Below are positions 40,101 through 52,944 of a stretch of 64,000 nt of DNA, in pieces (the first letter of the stretch is position 1; each line of letters begins with the position of its first letter). The stretch lies in NCBI GenBank assembly GCA_051362555.1, contig CM120645.1:8556001-8620000 (forward strand), given 5' to 3'. A program made the translations under genes and the position numbers. The notes under the pieces are model-generated. The model did no database searches, was not told the origin of the DNA, and worked only from the letters and a program-made list of their open reading frames with translations. Source of the DNA: Lingula anatina. Lineage: Eukaryota > Animalia > Brachiopoda.

Positions 40101-43100
40101 CTCTCCGAATTCACAGGATCATGAAGTGCAGGTTTCACTACTGTGTCCTTGCTGCATGCATAGTTTTCTGATCCTGTACAAAACTTTATTTTCTATTCCA
40201 GGTCTCTCTGAGGTCACAGGATCATGTAGAGCAGGTCACTACTGTGTCCTTGCTGCATCCCGCCCAGATCCTATAGATGGGGTCACAGGTAACATATGTC
40301 CCACTGGTCACTACTGTCCAAATGGCACCAGTGTCCACCAGCCCAGCTGTCCAGTGGGGACCTATTCCAATAGAACTGGACTCCAGACCATTGCCGAGTG
40401 TATGCCCTGTTTACAGGGTTACTACTGCGATACGGAAGGCTTGAGTACACCTGGTTCCTTATGTGACCCAGGTGTGTATCTACAAATGCAGGCAAAGATA
40501 TATAACTGTTAGACCTTAACTGCACTTTATTTTATTGCTGCTTATTCATTGATTGTTCATGGATGTTTTTTGTATCATGAACAAACATTTGAAGTAACAT
40601 GTTTTCAGCCCCATGAATTTAAGAACCAAGTAGAAAAGTTCTTATTAGCTTTAACAGACACAAAGTTAGGTTTAGCTTTCAAAAGCATACACTTAACCTG
40701 TTGGATTATTTTGTAACATTCAAGTTGAATAATTTGCACAGCAAGTAGTTAGAATTTTTTCGATCGGATAACTTTCGGAATGGCACTCACATGGCCGCAT
40801 TAATTGGGGTAAAGGTTTAGATTGTTATACAGATGTAAACCAAGCAAAAGTTGGTACATTATGGCTTTGCTTGTATATTTAAAATTCTGCTTTAAAATTA
40901 TTATAAATATGGCTGCCATCTTTGAATTGTAAAATATGTATGCTCCCCATTTCAGGCTATTACTGCCTTTCCGGTCAAAATTCCAGTGACCTACACCATT
41001 GCAGCCCTGGTCACTTTTGTCCACTTGGAAGTTACGAGGAACAAGAATGTCCCAGTGGTCAGTATCAGGACCTGTATGCCCAGGGTAGCTGTAAGGCTTG
41101 CAGACCAGGTAATGTATGCCGAGGGCAGCTGTAAGGTAATGTATGCTCAGGGCAGTTATATAACGCTTGTAGACCAAGTAATGTACATATGCCCAGGGAA
41201 ATTGTGAAGCTTGTAGAAAAGGCAATGGCCATATTGTCATCTCTCCTCGAATGTAATTTATACTTAGAATGATCGAAATAATCCAGAACTTAAAATGCCT
41301 ATATAAAATATGTGCATCTTGGATGTGTTCCAGGCTTCTACTGTGATGCCACCTATGGTCCAGTCTCTAACTTCAGCAGCTATTCCTGCCCCCCAGGATA
41401 CTACTGTGTCAGTGGCACAGAGTGGAGCACACAGTACCCATGTCCTGCAGGTAAGTATTATATATCATACTCTCAGGTATACCTTTGTGCATATGCGTGT
41501 GGGCATATTTGTGTGCATGTAATTTAAAAGATGAATGACAACCTATGTATAGCTAGATATAAAGCTCAATCAAGGGAGCTTTTAAAGAATCATTATGCAT
41601 AGAATAAGAGTCATTGTGAATTGAATTCCTTCAGCTAAAGGACAAAGGGCAAATTAATGTTCAGTTTTATAACAATGAAATACTTTATTAAGAATTCCAG
41701 ATCCCCTTGTATAAACTTTTAGGTACGTATAACCCACATAGCAATCTGGAGAGTGCTCAGCAGTGTATGTCTTGCGATGCTGGAAAATATTGCAGTACTC
41801 CTGGAAGAAACAACACAGAAGGTACTTTTGTAGACTGAAGCTGCTTGTGTCAGGTTTTTACTTAAATCTGGTGATGGTCTTAATGTCTATATATGAAAAA
41901 TAAATGTGTACAGAAACCAGTTGGGCTTGGACACTTGCAAAGATGACTACATAGCCTGTTAAAGATTAAACTGTTTTGAACTCGAGTCAAGGAATATCTT
42001 GTAATAATTTTATGCATAAATACCTGCACCAGAACCAAGCATACTGATAAATAATGTGCTAATATACAATTTTCAAGATGCTACATTTCTTTAGTAATGA
42101 AAATTAATAATATGTACCAATTTGATTTTTGATGAAGTTTATACATTACCAAATTAAAATAGTGAAATTTATAATGTTAGCCAAAGCTTTCACCTCCATA
42201 TGTAAAACACTGACACTGTCATTGATCCAAATCTCTTGAAATCTGACTTTCCTTTGTGATGTGAGGGTGCAATTGTTGTGCAATGTGAACGGTTTTAACA
42301 AAATGGGGGGAAAATATGACGTCCTCAACTGATGCAATCATGGAAATAGCTGCTACTCTTTGCATTGACTTAATTTGATGGCTATACCCACTCCCAAATA
42401 AACACGTTTTTCTCTGCAAAGGGACAGGGATAATCTTTCTACATCCAATTAAGCACCAGTTTCAATCATTCTACTTTCTTTTGTCTTAGTAGCAGAATGT
42501 TAACTGTGCAATTCCACTACCAGATCTGTGTTGTAACAGAGTATCATTTTGAAGGCACATTTAAACCAAGCATCGGTAGAGTGTGGACTGGGTTCCTAGT
42601 AACACATATAAACCACTTTTAATAATGTCTTATAGTACTCAAACAAAGTTGACATACAAATGGATTAACAGAATTAATCACTCAATCAGCCATAAAAGAG
42701 TTTTCAACCAAACCTTCTACAAGTTTTGATGAAAATTTGACCTACTGATCTGACCTTATCTACAGGGTGTTTATAGTGAAGAAAGCAAGCAGAAAAAATC
42801 AGAGCAAATATCATTTTTCAGATAATATGATAATATTGCTATTTCTCTAAGCTATTCTATTTGAAATTACTAGATAGGATAGTATTTGGTCAGCTTTTGT
42901 GGAAAAAAAAATTGACTTCAAATGTATTTTTAAAGAAGAAATGTTTGATAAAATATATGGATTATGACACAGTGACACAGTACCCTAGCTAAATCTTGCT
43001 TTTCTTACAGGTGCAACATAATGTTTAACATTACACAATGTCAACAGCATCAATTTGTTTTCCAAATATGAATGCTATCATGAAGTGCGGCACACATCTA

Positions 43101-46100
43101 TAGCTTTTATCTAGTACTTTTTTAATTTTTATCTAATACACACAAAGAGTAGAATCCTGCCTGACAACAATCATGTTTACCAAACCGAAGTAAATAATGT
43201 TATCATCTTACATTTGATTTCTCTAACCACTAAATCAAAATTTTAATTAAATTCTTCACTGATTTATTACTTATTAAGGAGGGCAGAAATTCAGTGTCAA
43301 AATTTCTAGATAACCCAGGCATCAACCCAGGGTAAAGGCATATAACAACACTCAACTGTACCAGTAGTGCCATAAACGAAACGCACTGCTTAACATTTGT
43401 AGGCCTACCGAACTGTAACAAGTCATGGCTTTCAAACTCATCCTACCAGTTTTTCTTTTGAACTCCGTGGTTGGAATCAGCCTGAATGTGGTCACTCCAG
43501 AAAAATTGTCAATAACCAATGTCTGTCAACCAACTTACTCCAAGGATGGCAAAGTCAGCTATACACTGGAATTACCAGCTGCTTCTGGAGTACAGAATGA
43601 GACAAAAAGCAAGATGGCTATAGCCACTCTACAGCAGAAGGTACAAGAGCAGGACAAGATCCTGAACTCCCAAGCGACACTCCTAATGCAGCAGGCAGAG
43701 AAAATATCCCAAATGATGAAAACACTTGAGACACTTGCACCACCTGAAGACTGCAGAGATCTGTTGGTGTCTGGAAAATCTCCAATACCAGATGCGCAAA
43801 TCACAGCCTCTTCATCGTACAGTACTGCCTATGGACCTCAGTTTTCAAGAATATATACATTCACTAAAAATGGCGTTGGGGAATGTTGGCACAGCAAGAC
43901 GCAAGACACAAATCAGTGGCTTCAGTTTGACTTTGGGAGGGTGAGAAAGCTGACGGCAGTTCTGACTAAAGGACGGGAAGGTCCTTATAATTTCTTCGTC
44001 AGAGAATACCAGGTGCATTATGGAAACCATTCATTGTTGATGAAAGCAGTCAGTGATGAGAAAGGCAAGGCCAAGGTTAGTCTGAGAATTGCCATATTAC
44101 CTATAACTATAAATTTTTATTTTTAATTTTTTGTAATTTCCAAAACATTTGAGCATTTAAGATGAATTTAGAATATATTTCCTGACACTGGTTTTCTAAG
44201 TATAAGTCATTTTACAACACTTCACACTGATACATAAGAATTTTACAAATACTAGGTTGATCCTCTCTTAAGGTGATTAATACTTAATACTTTCCATTGA
44301 TCTGTTTCTTCAACATTTATTTCAGATATTTCAAGGAAACATAGACAAGGACTCCATCCATGAAAATGTGCTGAGTCCACCAATCTATGCTCGGTATTTG
44401 CGTATTAACCCTGTCACTCACACTGGTATTTGCATGAGGGCAGACGTCCGTGGATGTTAATGCCCATCATGCAGAAGAGCTACTTGTACTAAGCTTAATA
44501 TATAGAGACGCTGATTTTATATTGAAACATAAAGATGCAATTTGCCTGTACTTGGTAATTCATTGCTAATTTATTTCACTGCAAATCAAGTTAATGAATT
44601 CATAAGTCTAATAAGATATTATAATTTACTGAAAGTAAAAGTCCATAGGTTGATGTTTGGTATTTGAACCTGTTTAATAAATTCTATGAAATTACAATAC
44701 CTCTACAGTATGTAGATCAGTTGAAAGTCTTGATGATTTTCTGACTCTCCTATTGCCATTTGCAATAACTGTTAATTAGCAATTTGTCATGGACAGTTTA
44801 AATCCTGTCAATCAGTAGATAAAATAAAGCAAAAAAAGTCTTGAAAGACAATTCTTGTGTTTATTTTTTACTGTTCATCATCCTTTAATTGACATACTGG
44901 TACAGCAACTGAAAAGACCAACATTATGTTTGCCAGCTAAAACCAATCAGAGTGTAAAGTTAATTCGAACTTCAATTATATATTTTGATGTAATGTTAAG
45001 TTTTTAGATAATATTTTGATGCAGTTTTATTTTTAATTTCGGCATTGAAGCTAAGGCGTACGCAGAGTTTGTGTGGCTCATTTTATGACTTAATTATCAG
45101 ACAACAAGTGGATGGACAATATTGAGAGTTCCCACCTGCACGTCATAAAGAAGACAATAATCATATATTTGATAATTTTATGAGCTTCATTTTATGAGAA
45201 TCAATACTTTGATCTCTGTGAACAAGGGGATGGACAATCTTGAGAGGTCCCATGTTCCTATGTCATTAGAAAGACAATAACAGTTTTATTGAACACTTAT
45301 TAGACAATTTAATAAATCACAAAGTACCATAAATCTTTAACAGAAGGAGCCCACCTGGATCAGTTCTTATTAAAGAATCAAACTGTTTAACTGTGACTCA
45401 CTTTTTATTTGCTCTTGATCAAGGTAGACATTCAATCAGTCGCGTTTGCATTACTAAGGCAACACTAGAAATTTCACGACTGTGTTGTTCTTGGTTCACT
45501 AAGTCTCAAAAGACCGTGCCACAACATTCGCATGGCCAAACCAACTAAAATTACATCGCGTTATCCAGGAACTTTAAAAAGTAGAGGTATACGAACTTCA
45601 CAAGAGCACTTTTTCTCTGCAGATACATTTCTTGTGTTGAAGACCTCAGTCGTCATTATCACTAGATATAATATTGAGACAATTAAAAGTTTATTTTACA
45701 CACTAAAACCTATGCTGCTCATTTTGCTCCACTTGCCTCAAGCTCTGACCTCTCACCTGCATCACATGATTTCACAGTAAGGCTTGCAAATAAACAGATG
45801 AAAATTGTACAAACAAGCCACATAAATTGCAACTGTCTGTCTTTCAGTATCTGGCTCAGTCAGTAATGCAAGATAACATTTGGACAATTAAGACTAAAAG
45901 ACAATGTGGAAAGGAAAGCCACAGGGAGACTTAAAGACACACAATGTTTTAAAGAATTTGAAATAAAATTACTTTAATATACCTTTAGCTGATCCTAATC
46001 TGCATTTGGACCGCACAAAAAGATAAATATGACAGTTGCCAGCTTCATTTAAGAAAATCAAAATTCTTTAACATGCCCCAAGGTTAACTACAGGTTGATC

Positions 46101-49100
46101 CACATCTGGGGGATAAAATACAAAAATATATAATATATAATTACAATATAAAAGAAGATTAGTTCAAGATTAAGTGAATTAATGAAGTTCAAGTTCCAAC
46201 ATATGAGCAAATCCGTTATATATTACTGGTATATGGGAGTATACATGTAACATGACAATTGACTTTTCATTTGTATCTAATTTAATCACAATGTGAAATA
46301 TAAATTCTTAGTTTACAACAATGTCCAATTTAATTTAAAGACTGTTGCACCTTGAAAATATGATGAAAATTTGATTGACATGTTATACCTACAAGTTCCC
46401 CATGGCTTATGTATATTAGTGGAGTTCTATTGCAGCCATTTTTTATTTTGAAGTATTATCCATGCCAAAATGAAGTAATTAATGCCAAACTATTCTCAAA
46501 TGGTATTGTTTAAATGCATGTTTAATTTATCAGGAGAATGTTTGGAAGGATACTGGTGCAAGTCAGCAGCGATCTCTCCAACTCCAACAGATGGCAGCAC
46601 AGGCATGCCCTGTCCAAGAGGTCACTACTGCCCAAGAGGAACCCCAGGACCCATTCCATGTCCTCTGGGGTACTGGTCTAACAGCACTGGGAGATCACGT
46701 CTAGAGGACTGCCAACCATGCACGGCAGGCCATCACTGCAACCAGACAGGACTAAGTGTCCCATCAGGCCTCTGTGATGCAGGGTACTTCTGCGTAACCC
46801 TGGTCACCATGGCAACACCCAATGATGGCGTCCATAAAGGCGACATCTGTCCCCCTGGTCACTATTGTCCAGAGCCTGGGACAGTCAGTCCTATTCCTTG
46901 TCCTGTGGGATTCTATGCATCCAGCAATGGGTCTGTGAAGTGTAAAGTGTGTCCAGTGGGGCATTACTGTGTGGATGGTGTGGAGCCAGTGACGTGCCCG
47001 CCCAGATTTTATTGTGCTATTGGAACTGGCTATGTACATCGCTCTTGTGCTAACTGTATGCATGTTTTCTTACTTTATACCACTGGCCAATTTTAATTAT
47101 TTTAAGGTGCAATTCCACAGAGATAAGTCTTTAAAATTTAACTGACAGTGTTTATTCATTTTCACCTCTGTGTTCATTTAACCTATGTACTTAGTTCTTT
47201 TTTGTCAGTTTGCTTAATTTCTCTATCAATTGATTGGATAATTTGGAAAAAGACAGAACAACCATTATAACTTTACTGATTATGATCTTCCTGATATAGA
47301 GATGAAAGATTTCCAAAGCAAGAAACCCATATATTTGGTTGTTTAATATTGTATTTGTGCCCTCAGAAACCCATAACTCATATACAGCTGCACACCTTTG
47401 GGACTTTCATTATTTTAGCTTTCTTTAAGAACTTCCAATTTTAACTGTATAGGCACCTCTATTTTTAACTTTATGTTTGTAGACATAGATGAATGTGTGA
47501 AAGGAGGACAGAATTGCATAGACAGTAGTGCACAGTGCTCTGGAACAGGGGAGGACTTTGAGTGTTCTTGTAAATCAGGCTACACTGGGGATGGCTTTGC
47601 TTGTATTGGTAAGTCTGCACGTAATTCTTTTTAAAAATTATGAAAATGGCTGCCATCTTGGATTTGGCTGCCATCTTGAAACTGTATCTCATTTAAAATA
47701 TTGTGACTTGTGGAAATATTGATAAGATGTGATTGTAAGTGGCTTTTATAGTTTCTCTTTAAGTTGCATCAGATGATTTCCATCAGTAATTGTGTTAACC
47801 TTTTACATGTTCAGACATTGATGAATGCTTGGTGGACCGAGGAGGCTGTGACAAGAATGCTGACTGCATCAACATGCTGAGCAACCACTCCTGTGTTTGT
47901 AAAGTGGGGTATTCTGGAGATGGGTTCACATGTGTGGGTATGTCTGTTTAATGCACATCATTCTTTTCTTAAATATGACATGTTTTAATCTGTTAAAATC
48001 AGTTAAGACATGGGGTATAACAATTAATGGTGCTGCAGTGCTAGAATTAATTTCATTTTTCAGAGAAATGAAAAATATTGCATTAGTGTTCACGCTTTTA
48101 TGTTGAATTGTAGGTGAATTGTATTCAAAAGATCAACAAGCATTTTTATGTAATATATTTTCTGTGATGAAATTGAGGCTCAAAAGACCCTTCAGCTGAA
48201 GCAAATAAGAAATATTTGATCAAAGTAGAAATATGTTCTTAATGCATAACACCATTGTCAGCTCTTATGTCATGTATTGAGACGTGGGTAGGGGTTTAGA
48301 TAACTAGAATTTTGGCTAACAAGGTCCTTTCAGAATCAAAATTTATGTCTTCCATACCATTTCTCAAGTTGGGTCATCCAAGGGGATGAAAAGGTTAACT
48401 TTAAAAACATTTCCATTATTTTGTAATTGCTGACTCCAAAGACTTAAATGTACTATCTTCCAGAGATCAATGAGTGCTCCGTCAACAATGGTGGCTGTGC
48501 CAGTGACGCTACCTGCACCAATACAGAGGGAAGTTTCATCTGTACATGTCATCCAGGTTACGCAGGGAATGGCTTTACATGTGAAGGTAGGCTATATATA
48601 TATTTAACTGAGTACATCACAGAGATTTTTATGAGAAAGTTATTATCTCTTACAAATGACATCCAAATTGATCAAAGTAATTGATGTCATGAAATTCATT
48701 CATTCTCGTATACAGTGGTGATATTAAATTTATTTTAAAAATATATCTGGGATGGTTAATAATTAATCTTGGTCTCACAAAACTTAAGTAATATAACCAG
48801 ATAAAGCTATTCTTGGGCTAAAAATGGTATTTAAACATTTTGTGTGTTGTAATAAAAGCAAAATCATGACATTGATAAGTAATATTATAATAATCTGTGT
48901 CACTGTGTATAACTCATCTGTGTTGACGTTACGTTTCTTAATCTGACCCTGCTTGGCATGTCAGTGTGTTTTGGTACCCTTAGAATATTCAGGTGTTAAC
49001 TAGCCCATCACGCCCTGGCACATTTAATTGCTGAGGTTTAATGAATAATAATTATTATTATTATTATTATTGTAATTTTCTTTCTTTCTTTCTTTCTTTC

Positions 49101-52100
49101 TTTATATGTATGTTAATTTTATTGAGTGATTTTCTTATTTCAGACATCAATGAATGTGCTGTCAACAATGGTGGCTGTGCAGCTGATGCTGACTGTACTA
49201 ACACTCTTGGTAACTTCACCTGTACTTGTCATACTGGCTTCACTGGAGATGGAATTGTCTGTGATGGTAAGAAAGTAAAATATTTCAAAATAATGTCAAG
49301 TTCTCAAAATGTATTATTGACCTGTCATGGCGCACATTGGCATACTTAGGCCAAGCCTACATGTTGTTACTCTTTAAAAATTGTCATACCATTTATAAAC
49401 TTCCTTATTTTAAAACCTGTTATCCTTTTCTCATCTGCCAATTTACCCTACCATGCCGAACACCTGGGTTTCCATACTCACATTAATTGCATGAATCCTA
49501 GCAAACCTTACACAAGGTGACACCTAACACACTATCACACCTAGCACAACACTGTCAAACCTAACACCCTGTCAGACCTAACAAAACACTGTCAAACCTA
49601 ACACCCTGTCAGACCTAACAAAACACTGTCAAACCTAACACCCTGTCAGACCTAACAAAACACTGTCAAACCTAACAATCTCAGACCTAACAAAACACTG
49701 TCACATCTAACACACTGTCACACCTAACAAAACACTGTCATACCTAACAATCTCAGACCTAACAAAACACTGTCACATCTAACACACTGTCACACCTAAC
49801 AAAACACTGTCAAACCTAACAATCTCAGACCTAACAAAACACTGTCACATCTAACACACTGTCACACCTAACAAAACACTGTCATACCTAACAAAACACC
49901 ATCACACCTGTCACAGGTCCTAATAAAACACTGTCACGACCAACACACAACTGATTTATAACACAAATTCTTCCAAGGATGCCAATTTTTTTATTTCAAA
50001 CACAGACTAAAAACAAAAGCCAAGTTATACTTGAGGTGTTTGTTTTATTTTAATTTCAGACATCAATGAATGTTTATTTAACGACAGCTGTCATGCCAGT
50101 GCATTATGTAATAATAGTGCTGGCAGCTTCTCTTGTTCCTGTTTGGATGGATTTTCAGGAGATGGTTTTTACTGTGAGGGTAAGAATTTTACTCAATCTT
50201 CTGAATGAAAAATTATCTGGTGATGATTTCATTTAATCTTAAACTTGTGGAATACTTATTTAATTTGTCTTAATTGTTGAATAATAGTGTTTCTTCCCCA
50301 ACAGGGTTGCGATTTAGTAATAGCTTTACCCACTAAACAAGATATTCCATGTAGCTTTAAATTTTTGAGTTATTAATTAACTTTAGCTGAAGAAATACCG
50401 CCAAATGGTTACTTCCTCTTTGCTTGTCAGAAAGTTATTTGTCAATTTAAAATGTTTAATAAATGATATTATCAATTCACTATCCTTTGTCCAGATTCCA
50501 TTTTAAAACATTAAAGATTTTTGGTTTATAAAAACATGCGTTGAAAAGGAATTTTTTTACTTTATACATACATTGTATGTATTTCCTTTATTCTCCCTAG
50601 ATATTAATGAGTGTTCTGTGGATGATGGAGGATGTAATGAGAATGCCATATGTGCCAACAGCATCGGCAGTTTCACCTGCTCATGTAACGTGTTCTTCAG
50701 CGGGGACGGCTTTTCCTGCTTAGGTGACTCTATTTTAATGCTTCAACAATCAAAATATCTAAGTATTTTTATTTTATTTATTTATTTTTTTTTGGGGGGG
50801 GAGGAGTGGATGCTGGGGTGCTTAATCGATGGAAAGAACGAAAGGTCTGAAAAAAAAAGCTCAGATAACCTCTTTCGGTTCAAGTTTTGTTTCTAGCAAA
50901 TAATCTCATCGGCTGTGTAATGCATAATATATTATTATGCAATTATAATTTCTGCATACAACAACTTGAAATAATCGTAGCTCTTTAAAGCTTTGATTGG
51001 ACCAGAAATAATCACAAGCCATGGGCATTTGGCAAGTTTTTTGTACACTTCATTTATTCATTTCAGTGAGGGATCCAGAGATATTTTCTGACAGTCTTTC
51101 AAAATATCTTTGTTGATCCATCCTCCATTTTGACCTTCTTTTTTGACAGTCTTTCAAATTATCTTTGTTGATCCATCCTCCATTTTGATCTTCTTCTGAC
51201 TGAAAAATTAGATACGTGTCAGTGTAAACTTGAAAAATTTTGACTGTCTTCTGAAAGACCCAGAAGATGGCTTCTGTATGCCCTTGCATTTTTTAGGGAT
51301 GGAAGTTCAATGAATTTACCAAGAAATCGAATGTTTAGTAGCAGTTTATGCCCCATTGATGTAGAACATTGATACTTGCACTTTCAGGATTATTGTTCAA
51401 AAGCCTACTTTCATCTTTGTTGATAAGTTATATTTCTAAAATAGCTTATCCTTAATTTTCTAGACATTAGCCAGTGTTACCGTGGTAACATAACATGTGA
51501 TGACAATGCTATGTGTGTAGATACTGGAGACAGCTTGGACTGTGTTTGCAATACTGGATTCCTAGGAGATGGCTACAGCTGTCATGGTATGTTTTTTAGG
51601 CCATTTTTACATCTAGTGATACATTTTTTTTCTGTACTATTTGCTTCATTTTGAGAAATCCAGAGATTGACTACCTATGAAAGCAAGTCATGTAGATGGC
51701 CTTGCAGTCAACCATATTAATTTTGACTACATTCATGATCAATATATTTATTTCTGTCAAAAAAGACACTCTATCATTGCATTGGACTACTACTAACAGT
51801 AACTGTATTTTAACTTCTTTTGGTCCATTTCAGTCATTGGTGGTAAAATGAAGTTTATTATATTTTCATGTGTTGTCTACAATGTATTATAAAGAGTTGT
51901 TACTTTTAAGTAGATGTGAACATCTACTAAAAAACTTCTATTTTGCTGCTACTTAAAAACTTCTTTTTTGCTGCTCTAGACATAGATGAGTGTTTGGAGA
52001 ACAATGGTGGCTGTGACAGTGATGCAACATGCACCAATACGGCAGGGAGTTTTATCTGTACATGTCACATGGGATATACGGGAGATGGATTAACCTGTCA

Positions 52101-52893
52101 AGGTGATAAATATCACAACTTAGATAATAAAACTGCTCTTGATAGAGTTCCAACTGTATTTTCTTGTTGAAGCCAATTTTTTTCTTTATTACACAAATTT
52201 GCAAGTATTTTATACATTTGTTTCCTTGCAGACACCAATGAATGCCTTGTAGACAATGGGGGTTGCAGTCCTCACGCCTTGTGTACAAATACACTGGCCA
52301 GCTTTACCTGTGCCTGTCATGAGGGCTTCCTGGGAGATGGGTTCATTTGTGAAGGTCTTTATTGATTAATTTTTTTTTCATCAAATCTGCACAATAAAAA
52401 TCATCAGCCATTAAAATTAGTTTATAACTGCCCCTCAAATATAATTTTTAATTTTGTTATTTGCTTATGATTAAGCTGTTGCAACACATTCAGCAGTTTA
52501 TTGATCACTTAAGATGATTTTACTGATTTTAATAACTTTTGGCCACAGTATCAATTATTATTATCATTATTATTTTGGTATTTCTTTAGTTGGATGAATA
52601 AAGCACATTGCTTCATATATTTAAAGTCACAACAAAAATAAGTATCACAATATCTATGGGTAACTACTAAACAGCCTACAAATTCTTAAATGAAATTAAT
52701 ATTTGCCTGTTTTCTTTGCAGATATTGATGAGTGCACCAGTTACATTGACAGCTGTGACATGAACGCCAATTGTACCAACACAGTGGGGAACTTCACCTG
52801 TACTTGTCACCCTGGTTACACAGGGGATGGACACACCTGTGCAGGTAGACATATTTGAATTTATTAAAAAAATTAGTTTTTATTAACTTCATT

Positions 52894-52944
<51 letters not shown>

